Shown here piece by piece: positions 17,764-25,329 of a stretch of 42,592 bases of DNA. The stretch is taken from positions 1 through 42,592 of IMG/VR virus record IMGVR_UViG_3300037183_000135; one strand, 5' to 3'. This DNA comes from a virus (taxonomy: Duplodnaviria; Caudoviricetes). Numbering within the stretch: position 1 is the first letter of the stretch; each line of letters starts with the position of its first letter. Made by a program: the position numbers and the translations under genes. Below the pieces are notes generated by a model, which searched no databases, had not been told where the DNA came from, and was given only the letters and a program-made list of their open reading frames with translations.

Positions 17764-17785
17764 CAACACACACTACAGCCGAAGA

Positions 17786-18040
17786 TCATGATTCCATGAC
17801 GTCCTTGACGAGGTCCAGCTTCCGCCGCCGGCGCCCTTTCATGACTTCGGCCACGAAGCACGCGGTCACGAAGCTAAAGATGAAGCCGATGAGGCCGATG
17901 TAGAAGATAACGCACGCGGACCACCACGGGCTGTTCCCGCACGGGGAGCCGGGAGGGAAGGGCATGAGACGGGTTAGGGCCCACGCGAGGAGAACGTAGA
18001 GCGCGAGCGCCAGGACGTAGACGGAGAACCTCCTCGGCAC
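17786..18040 (-). CDS. Two-TM small membrane protein with VMES tag
   Basis: Two hydrophobic helices, basic tail, ends DLVKDVMES. Confidence 0.7.
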   Translation of the reverse strand: MPRRFSVYVLALALYVLLAWALTRLMPFPPGSPCGNSPWWSACVIFYIGLIGFIFSFVTACFVAEVMKGRRRRKLDLVKDVMES

Positions 18041-18474
18041 TCAGGACTCCATGATCAGGCGTGCGAGCTTCACGCGGTCCCGGTACATGTCGACCTTGTC
18101 GTACTCGACGCCGTACGTGTCCGGGAGCTTGGTCCAGAAGCGGCTCTTCGGGACCGCCTTCCCCTTGTCGTTGATCACCTTCCAGGTGATCGAGTCGTAG
18201 TCGTCCTCCACCCGGACGCGAGACTTGTTGAAGGTCCGGATGTAGATACGGTCGCACTCGAGCGTCGTCCCGGAGTCGAGCGTGACGAGGACCGTCTTGT
18301 AGCCGGAGTCCTTGCTCCAAAGGCCCCCGAAGTACTTCGGGGCCGACGGGCCGACGGGTCGACGAGCTTACGGGTCTTGGCGAACTCGACGTTCCGGCGC
18401 TCGAGGACGAGCGCGAAGGACCATGGGGCGACGAGGGTGATGCGGTCTCCGCAGGCTGGGATGTAAAGCTTCAT
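18041..18474 (-). pseudogene. Hypothetical protein interrupted by an 8-bp tandem duplication; ends IMES
   Basis: Removing one GGCCGACG copy at 18341-18356 gives MKLYIPACGD...VDPSAPKYFGGLWSK...DRVKLARLIMES. Confidence 0.75.
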
Positions 18475-19259
18475 GGCGAAACGTACGTCCGGGCCTCCCC
18501 GAGCTTCCAGCCGACGGGGTCCGGGATCCCGGGAGGCGGAGGGAGCACGGGGCCACGCCTGAGAGGGACGGGAGAGAGTCCGTCAACGAGCCCAAGACAG
18601 CGGTCCTGATTGACAAGCAAGGCCATAGTAGAGACTATCTCGTCATCAGACATATCGCGGAAGTCCTGTCCGACGTTCAGGCCGTACTCCCGGTAGAAAG
18701 AGAGCCAGTCCCGCCCGGCGTCAACGTCGAGGCTGCAGGCGAGAAGGAACTGCCAGCCCGTGGGCTCCGTGGGGCCCGCGAGATGGACGGGCTGATCCAT
18801 GGCAAAACAGTGGGCCATCTCGTGGATGGCGTACGGCCAGGCCCCAAAACGGTCGACGAAAACATGGCAGGTGTCCCAACAATGGGCGACCGGGTACACG
18901 AAGTCCATGGTGGCCAGGTCGTCCCGCCAAAAACGGCGCGGGCAGACGACAAGCCCGCCATCCCAGGAGGCGCAGATCTCGGAGAGCTTGGAAACGCGGA
19001 GCTGGTCGACGGTCGGCACGGGCAAAAGTACGCCGGCCCTGGACGTAAGCTCCGGCATGCCGTCAGTCCTCGCGATCAGGAAGTCCGCCCTCCCCTCCCT
19101 CCCGGAGAACGTCCGAAAATACGTCGGGGAGTTCTTCCGGGAGCAGGAGGTCCTCGGAATCCCCTGCCTCGTCGCCTCCCGGTACACCCACCATCCCAGC
19201 GGAGGGCCCTTCAGAACGTGGGCGAAGGGAATGGCCCCCAGCCATTCCGTTGAGCTCAT
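18471..19259 (-). CDS. Hypothetical protein with HExxH motif (start uncertain)
   Basis: AIHEMAHCF; stop overlaps the next start (ATGA). Confidence 0.5.
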   Translation of the reverse strand: MSSTEWLGAIPFAHVLKGPPLGWWVYREATRQGIPRTSCSRKNSPTYFRTFSGREGRADFLIARTDGMPELTSRAGVLLPVPTVDQLRVSKLSEICASWDGGLVVCPRRFWRDDLATMDFVYPVAHCWDTCHVFVDRFGAWPYAIHEMAHCFAMDQPVHLAGPTEPTGWQFLLACSLDVDAGRDWLSFYREYGLNVGQDFRDMSDDEIVSTMALLVNQDRCLGLVDGLSPVPLRRGPVLPPPPGIPDPVGWKLGEARTYVSP

Positions 19260-19401
19260 GCGATTCGGCAGGTCGGACGCCGGGAGGGAGGTCGGGGACG
19301 AGATCCGGGCGGCGAAGAAAGAAAGGCCGGAGGACCTGTTCGAAGCCTACGCGGAAGAGCCGCGATACCAGAGCATCGACTGCGACTGAGTAGGATAGGA
19401 C

Positions 19402-19728
19402 ATGGAGGCGGACGACATCAGGGCGGCGGTCGAGGACGAACGGGAGAGGCTCGAGGCAGGCCTGCGCGCGGGGCGGCCGGAGAACTGGCAGTGCGACCAG
19501 AGGACCCGGGACGTCTGGTGCCTCGGCACCATCATAGACGAGCGCTACGCGGGCCTGGACCCGGAGCGCCGGCGCGAGCTCGGATGGGCGTTCAGCCGAA
19601 TGGTCCGGTCGGCGGAGGACCCGTTCGAGGTCGCGGCCAAGGTCGTGAGGGTCGGGGACGACGGGTCCGACGTCGGGGAGGTCACGAAGGACCACTGGAC
19701 CGCCAAGAACCACCGAAGGTGGGGCTAG
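19402..19728 (+). CDS. Hypothetical protein
   Basis: 108 aa, GC3-rich, preceded by GTAGGAT-N5-ATG. Confidence 0.65.
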   Translation: MEADDIRAAVEDERERLEAGLRAGRPENWQCDQRTRDVWCLGTIIDERYAGLDPERRRELGWAFSRMVRSAEDPFEVAAKVVRVGDDGSDVGEVTKDHWTAKNHRRWG

Positions 19729-19729
19729 G

Positions 19730-19933
19730 TCAGTAAAACGCGCCCTTGATGAGATGGTTCACGAGGTAGACCGCCCTGTCCCCGAGCTCCTTCACGCGCT
19801 CCCGGGCGGCGTCCTCGCTCCCGCACGTCCGCTCGTAAGCGTAATAAGGCTGTCCTCCAGAGACGGGCTCCTTTATGTACATGTAGACGTAGAAGTTATC
19901 CTCCCTCGGAGGAGCCTCAGCAGGTCGCGCCAT
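19730..19933 (-). CDS. Hypothetical protein
   Basis: 67 aa; overlaps the end of the upstream gene. Confidence 0.55.
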   Translation of the reverse strand: MARPAEAPPREDNFYVYMYIKEPVSGGQPYYAYERTCGSEDAARERVKELGDRAVYLVNHLIKGAFY

Positions 19934-20339
19934 CGTCCGCCGTCCCGTCCGCGGCCGCCCGCAGATGCTCGTCGAACTCCTCGCGGGAGACGCCGCCCGG
20001 CTCGTTGTCCCACGTCGGGTCCCGGTAGTCCGGGTTCTTGATCGCGAAATAGAGGCTCCAGGCGGACGAGCGCCAACCTTGGTGCCCGAGCTTCGGGTCC
20101 GGACGGCTCATGACGCCGCGGCAATGGTGAGCAAGCGGCGTCGCGTCCCCTCCGAGCTCCCCGAAGGCGAGGAGCTTCAGGAGGTCCGGGTGCGCGACGG
20201 CCCAGGAGAGGGCGTCCGCGTGCCCGAGGGAGTCCACGTGCAGGACGTGGACGGTCGCAGCGGGGTGCGGGGCGTCGGAGGCCGTCAGGACGACCTTCAC
20301 GAGGAAGTCAGGAGGGATGACGGAAGGGTCGACGGTCAT
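19917..20339 (-). CDS. Hypothetical protein
   Basis: 140 aa; ATGA coupling to the upstream gene. Confidence 0.7.
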   Translation of the reverse strand: MTVDPSVIPPDFLVKVVLTASDAPHPAATVHVLHVDSLGHADALSWAVAHPDLLKLLAFGELGGDATPLAHHCRGVMSRPDPKLGHQGWRSSAWSLYFAIKNPDYRDPTWDNEPGGVSREEFDEHLRAAADGTADDGATC

Positions 20340-20590
20340 CCGACAATCCGCTTAAGGGCGGCCCAGACCGGCTTCAGGTACTCGTTGATGGTGTCGCGAG
20401 CCTTCTCGGCGCCAAGAAGATAAGCGTCTACGCAGAGCGCAGAGTGGGAGAGGCCGGCAGCCTTCAGCGCCGCCTCAGCGGCCACGCGCTCGCCCTTCCC
20501 GCCAGAGTCGCGGCGGACGAAGCTCGGAGCGTGGACGGCGATCCAGCGAAGGGTGTAGTGAGCAGGGTTCTTCTTCTTGGCCTTGGGCAT
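20336..20590 (-). CDS. Hypothetical basic protein
   Basis: 84 aa; preceded by GTAAGCT-N6-ATG. Confidence 0.7.
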   Translation of the reverse strand: MPKAKKKNPAHYTLRWIAVHAPSFVRRDSGGKGERVAAEAALKAAGLSHSALCVDAYLLGAEKARDTINEYLKPVWAALKRIVG

Positions 20591-20659
20591 GGCCAGAGCT
20601 TACAGTAGCTTCGATTTTCGAACATGCAGAAACCAAAGACGGAGTAAGCCTCTTCGCAT

Positions 20660-22156
20660 CTAATGGGCCGGCCTCAGAAAAACGAACTTCGTCTTCGGCT
20701 TCTCCGTGAAGCGTTCCAACCCATGCTTCGCGACGTAGGCGGCCTCGGTCATCTTCAGCTTCGAGGCAATGTCGTAGACCCTCTTCTTATTGATGGTGAG
20801 TCCGGACACATCCATATAGTGGTAACTAGGACGAGTCTTCCCGACTAGAGTCCAATTCGAAGCCTTGTAAATGATCCCGGAATGGCCGAAGGTCTCATCG
20901 GCAAAACTGACCAGCTCCATGACGTCCGGATGGTGAGAGAAAGCGAGAGAAACACATCTCGAGACCAACCAGGAGGCAAAGTTCTTCTTCTGATGGGACG
21001 GGCGAATGCAAAAGCGGTCAAGCTCGAGGACCTGTTTACACTTCAGGCCGCGCGAGGAGGCGACCTCCAGCCGCGTTACGGAATTGAACTTGCAGACCGC
21101 AATCAAATCTTCGCCAAAGTACGCCCCGTAAACGGAAATCCCGGCCCGTCCCCTGCCGGCATAATGGAAGGCGTCCAGGAAGTCCGTATACAGGACAGTC
21201 GGCTCCCCCTTGCCCCCGATGCGAACAACTCTGACTTCAGAGAGGGAAAAATCAACAGGCTCGACGTTGGGGAGGGAGCCGATCATGGAACGGACCATCT
21301 TATCGACGATGTTCGGGTTGAGGAAGTTCTTCTCCTCCAGACGAAAAGCCCTATATTCCGGATGATACCTTTCCGTGTAAGTGAGCTTAGCTCGATCCTT
21401 GGCAGCCCTCTTCTTGTCCGCGTGCCAGTACTCCCCGTCAACATCGATGAGCACTCCGTGCTCTGACAGGAAGAAGTCCCAGATGTAGAGCCCGACCTCA
21501 TATTGAGGAATGAAGGCGATACCAAGGCTAGAGAGCCTGGCGGCCATAGCTCTCTCGAGCCCGGAACGGAAACCGTCTCCCAGCTGCTTCGCTCTGGCAA
21601 CATTGGACTTTTCAATGGCGTCAGGACGCTGCACGCCGCAGCCGAAGCACTTGTAGACGCAGGTGCGGCCGGACTGACGGTGTCTCCGGGCCTGATGCAG
21701 GAGGCTACTAAGTTTCACCCCTTTCGGGGATGAACAGTCTTCGCACCGAGCTATGACTTTCCCTGTCTTCACGTTTTTCGGAAGACCGCCAAACATTCCG
21801 ACCGTGGCCGGAAGATCGATGACCGACATGACGGAGTCGACGCTCACTCCCGTCTTCCCGGACTTGGAACACCGATGACAACGATAGAGGACCGAGGAGC
21901 CGGAGACGGCATTCCTCCGATATTGCTTCAGGAGACTTACGAGTTCGACATTGAAGCGGCGGCGACATATCTGGCAACCAACGTCAAGGCGAGGTTTATC
22001 CGAAAGAGAAGGACTCTTCTGGAGAAGGGTGATCGATTCCGGAGAGAGGACGGACTGGAGAGCTGGATACTGCTCCAGCCATCCGGACATTTGGGAACAA
22101 CCGTTACAGAACCCGAAGAAAGAGTTGTCTTGATCTCCGCACCTAACGCACGCCAT
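20660..22156 (-). CDS. Multi-zinc-finger + DUF559/Vsr-like endonuclease + Mom-like (GNAT) domain fusion
   Basis: Six CxxC pairs; WDFF....LIDVDGEYWH; HY.G...ELDRFC...KNFASWL...VSFAD...GH.G.IYKASNW. Confidence 0.75.
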   Translation of the reverse strand: MACVRCGDQDNSFFGFCNGCSQMSGWLEQYPALQSVLSPESITLLQKSPSLSDKPRLDVGCQICRRRFNVELVSLLKQYRRNAVSGSSVLYRCHRCSKSGKTGVSVDSVMSVIDLPATVGMFGGLPKNVKTGKVIARCEDCSSPKGVKLSSLLHQARRHRQSGRTCVYKCFGCGVQRPDAIEKSNVARAKQLGDGFRSGLERAMAARLSSLGIAFIPQYEVGLYIWDFFLSEHGVLIDVDGEYWHADKKRAAKDRAKLTYTERYHPEYRAFRLEEKNFLNPNIVDKMVRSMIGSLPNVEPVDFSLSEVRVVRIGGKGEPTVLYTDFLDAFHYAGRGRAGISVYGAYFGEDLIAVCKFNSVTRLEVASSRGLKCKQVLELDRFCIRPSHQKKNFASWLVSRCVSLAFSHHPDVMELVSFADETFGHSGIIYKASNWTLVGKTRPSYHYMDVSGLTINKKRVYDIASKLKMTEAAYVAKHGLERFTEKPKTKFVFLRPAH

Positions 22157-22197
22157 GTCCGATAGTACAACCGATAAGCCCCGATACCCAGATACGA

Positions 22198-22232
22198 CTG
22201 AGCCCCGGGACCTATCGGCGCCGGGGGCTCAG
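22198..22232 (-). terminator. Hairpin terminator after the major capsid gene
   Basis: CTGAGCCCC...GGGGCTCAG inverted repeat 26 nt past the MCP stop. Confidence 0.65.
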
Positions 22233-22258
22233 CAGGAGCAATTAAGCTCGGGCTCGGA

Positions 22259-23161
22259 TCAGCGAGTCACAATCAGGCGGACGAGACCGCGCGGATTGTA
22301 GGCTCCGATGCCGAGGTTCTCGAACATCGAGAAGCCGATCGTGCGCTCCTCGGGGTTGTCCGCGCTCAGCACGGTCAGCTCGGTGCGCACCGGGATGCGG
22401 CCGAACATCTCGGGCTCGCAGCAGCAGTAAACCACGCCTGCCGGCACGAGGCGCGACACAATGAACTGGGCATTCCACCCAGTGGCCATCATGCCGGTCT
22501 TCCACAACGTCGCTTGCGACTCGATGTCCAGCACGTCACGACCGAACTTGCGGATGTCCGCGTAGTCACGGGCGTTCATGTAGACACGGGCCACGCGCAG
22601 GTCGTGGAACTCGATCTCGGCAAACGCGTCCGCGAGGACGGCAGGCGAGATGGGGGCCACCACCGGGATGTCCGGGTTCGTACCGCCCGCGAGTTCGTCG
22701 AACCCGTTGACCGAGATCGCGTCCATGATCGAGAAGACGCGGTCGTCCTCTGCGGCCTGGATCTGCGCCTTGCCGAGGTCCTGCATGCGCTTCAGGAGGT
22801 CATAACGACGCTCCTTGATTTGCGTGAGGGGGGCCTTGGGGAGCGCGGCGATCTCGAACAGCGGGAAGATCACGCGACGCGGCTTCATCACCGCCGTGAT
22901 CGACTCGCCCTCTTCGCCGATCACGTACGCCGTGACGTCGGGGTCCTTGTCGTAGATCGCCAGCGCGCCGTCCGGGATCTGCTCGACCAGGAAGGTCTTG
23001 CGGCCCACGGACGAGTAGTCGCGGCGCTCGCGCAGCGGCTGGATCATCGAGGCCGCGAGGCGACGACGACCGGCCTGGCTGCCGATGTGCTTGTCCACGA
23101 TCGACTCGCGGATCGAGTTGTCCACTACGTGGACGCCAAACGGATTCATTGAAGCGTTCAT
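22259..23161 (-). CDS. Major capsid protein (HK97 fold)
   Basis: 300 aa, strong codon bias, AAAGGAAG SD, last gene of the head operon. GRRRLAASMIQPLR..DY..VGRK...FEI...P......R.YD...R....IQ..ED pattern recalled from large-myovirus MCPs. Confidence 0.85.
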   Translation of the reverse strand: MNASMNPFGVHVVDNSIRESIVDKHIGSQAGRRRLAASMIQPLRERRDYSSVGRKTFLVEQIPDGALAIYDKDPDVTAYVIGEEGESITAVMKPRRVIFPLFEIAALPKAPLTQIKERRYDLLKRMQDLGKAQIQAAEDDRVFSIMDAISVNGFDELAGGTNPDIPVVAPISPAVLADAFAEIEFHDLRVARVYMNARDYADIRKFGRDVLDIESQATLWKTGMMATGWNAQFIVSRLVPAGVVYCCCEPEMFGRIPVRTELTVLSADNPEERTIGFSMFENLGIGAYNPRGLVRLIVTR

Positions 23162-23187
23162 TTTCTTCTTCCTTTCGTCCGTTAGGC

Positions 23188-23877
23188 TCAGCCGGTGAAG
23201 GTGAGGGTTGCGAACATCTCGGAGCTCGTCGAGTCCGGAGGTGCGATGACGGTCCCCATGCGGGTCACGTCGGGTTCACGGGGAAGGCCTGAAGTGCCGC
23301 TCCCGGTGGCCGCGGTGTTGATCCAGGCGAACTCGTAGGAGTCCAGCCAATTGTTCGTGAGGAGGCCGTTGACCGACGCGTAGAGCTTGTCGCCCACGTT
23401 GTAGGTCAGCGCAGTTCCGACGACGGCGGAGCTGCCGAGGGTGCCGCTGATCCACGAGTTGGTCGTCTGAACCTGGGTCTCGTAGACCTTGACGCCGACC
23501 GAGCCGCCGCGAAGGAAAGGGCCCTTGCCCGATGCCGCTGCGGGGAGGTTCTCGTACGCGTTGCCGAGCGCGTCGTTGATGAACAGGCCCAGGGGGCGAG
23601 TCCCGGCGACGTAGGCCGAGCTGACGAGCACGGCGCCGCCGACCGCGTTCGCGCCGATGTCGGGGCGGGTGAACGTCACCGATCCGCCGAGCACGCCGCG
23701 CTTCACGTTTGCCGGCAGGGTCGTTGAGACCGCCGACGGTGTAGTAACTACGTTCGGGTTCGCCTGCGTGAATGCGTCCGAAGAAAGGACAGGGATGCTG
23801 TCCTTGATCAACGAATACAGGATCCGCAGGGCGCCCTGATTCAGGCCGGGGCCTGATTCTTGTCCGCCAATTCCCAT
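23188..23877 (-). CDS. Putative head decoration/auxiliary capsid protein
   Basis: Directly upstream of MCP; RPLGLFINDA, ASGK, YNVGDKLYAS.NGLLT beta-rich pattern. Confidence 0.65.
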   Translation of the reverse strand: MGIGGQESGPGLNQGALRILYSLIKDSIPVLSSDAFTQANPNVVTTPSAVSTTLPANVKRGVLGGSVTFTRPDIGANAVGGAVLVSSAYVAGTRPLGLFINDALGNAYENLPAAASGKGPFLRGGSVGVKVYETQVQTTNSWISGTLGSSAVVGTALTYNVGDKLYASVNGLLTNNWLDSYEFAWINTAATGSGTSGLPREPDVTRMGTVIAPPDSTSSEMFATLTFTG

Positions 23878-24057
23878 GATTCAATTCTCCAGTTGCGTCA
23901 GTGTCCGGGAAAGAGAGGTTCCTCGAGAGTCGCCGACGTGGATGGATTCAGTCCGGGTCGCCCCGCGAGTCCGGCTCCGCGCCGCCTTGTCCTTCAGTTC
24001 GTCTCCTCTGCGTCACCTTCGTTGGAAGCCTGTCTGCGTATCCTTTATTCAGTATTC

Positions 24058-24082
24058 TTAGGCCGCCCGAGGGCGGCCTGAA
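24058..24082 (-). terminator. Strong hairpin after the scaffold gene
   Basis: AGGCCGCCC-GA-GGGCGGCCT inverted repeat a few nt after the stop. Confidence 0.55.
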
Positions 24083-24087
24083 GTGTC

Positions 24088-25287
24088 TCAGAGCGCCGGG
24101 GGGCGCTCCCAGAGGTTCGCGAGGTCGTCGCCCTCGGCGCGGCGCTTGGTCGGTGCGGCCTGGACCTGCCCGATGCGCTTGGCCGAGGCCGAGGCCGTGC
24201 GGGTCGCCGGGGAGGGGCCGTAGCCGCCCGTGGACGCCGCCTGGATCTCGCGCTGCGCCATGACCTCGGGGTGCTCGTCGAAGAGCGACGCGAGCTCGGA
24301 GGTCTCGCCGGCGACGTGGGCCGACTCGTCGTCCTCGCCGTCGTCGAACGTGATGTCACCCAGGTCGGAAGCCAGCGGCATCACGGCGGGGGTTGCCGGC
24401 ACTGCCACCGGCGGGGCGAAGATTTCGGTCAGCTCGGGCGACGGGGCGCCGCCGGGGGCGCACTCTTCGGCAAGCATCTGGTCCAGGGCCTGCAGGTCCT
24501 CTTGGGACATGCACTGCTGTTGGGCCTGCTGCTCCTGCTGCTGAGCCTGCTCCTGCTGCTGAGCCTGCTGCTCCTGTTGAGCCTGCTGTTCCTGCTGGCC
24601 CTGATGACCCTGCTGCTCTTCCTCTTTCTCCTCGGCGACGCGGACGGAGGCGACGATCTTGAGCATCGAGCGGAGGGTCGGGTCGTCAACCGTCATGATG
24701 ACGGAGGCGAGGCGCTCCACGTCGCCCTCCTTGGCGCCGTCGGGCAGCATGCGGGACGCCAGCTTGCAGCAGGCGGTCGCACGGCGGACCTTGCGGTCGC
24801 GGGGGAGGGAGTCGGGGGAGAGGGCCTGGAGACGGGCGAGGGTCGACGCGATCGTCCTGGCCGGAAGGGCCATGAGCTCGGTCGCCTGGTCCATCAGGGC
24901 GCCGGCGTCGTTGGTGCGGAGGAGCTCGCGGCTCAGATCGAGCGCGTAGCCGGCCTTGCGGGTGACGGCAGCCTCGCGGGCGTTGTCGTACTTGCCGGAT
25001 CCGCCCCACTCCTTCGAGTCCTTGTGGTCGAACGTGTCCTTGCGGATCTCGCCGAACCCGACCTCGTTGCGCTTGACATGGTCACCCTCGTAGTCCAGCT
25101 CCACGTTCTTGTTCGTGGTGGGCGTCTCCGCCCAGCTGTCAGGATCACCGTTCTCGTACTCCACCGGAGACGGTTGCGGGTGTTCCTGGTTCATGGTGAA
25201 AATGTCTGCCTTGCGAGACGTGGCCGCCTGACGCGGGGCCGATTCGCTACCAGGCTTCGACGACCAAGTGCTGCGCTGACGGTTCAT
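24088..25287 (-). CDS. Putative scaffold protein
   Basis: Lies between protease and decoration/MCP genes; low complexity, acidic, poly-Q tract; C-terminal DDLANLW. Confidence 0.65.
   Translation of the reverse strand: MNRQRSTWSSKPGSESAPRQAATSRKADIFTMNQEHPQPSPVEYENGDPDSWAETPTTNKNVELDYEGDHVKRNEVGFGEIRKDTFDHKDSKEWGGSGKYDNAREAAVTRKAGYALDLSRELLRTNDAGALMDQATELMALPARTIASTLARLQALSPDSLPRDRKVRRATACCKLASRMLPDGAKEGDVERLASVIMTVDDPTLRSMLKIVASVRVAEEKEEEQQGHQGQQEQQAQQEQQAQQQEQAQQQEQQAQQQCMSQEDLQALDQMLAEECAPGGAPSPELTEIFAPPVAVPATPAVMPLASDLGDITFDDGEDDESAHVAGETSELASLFDEHPEVMAQREIQAASTGGYGPSPATRTASASAKRIGQVQAAPTKRRAEGDDLANLWERPPAL
24515..24620 (-). repeat. Coding CAG-rich repeat (QQEQQAQ)n
   Basis: TGAGCCTGCT/CCTGCTG iterations. 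Confidence 0.75.
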
Positions 25288-25329
25288 GGCTTATAACGTC
25301 TCCTACTCCGGCTGTGTTTCATCAATGTC

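Noticed and set aside
19257-19389. Divergent genes sharing one CATG, with a 43-aa plus-strand ORF from 19258
   Set aside because: Start sites of both ORFs are too uncertain to claim.
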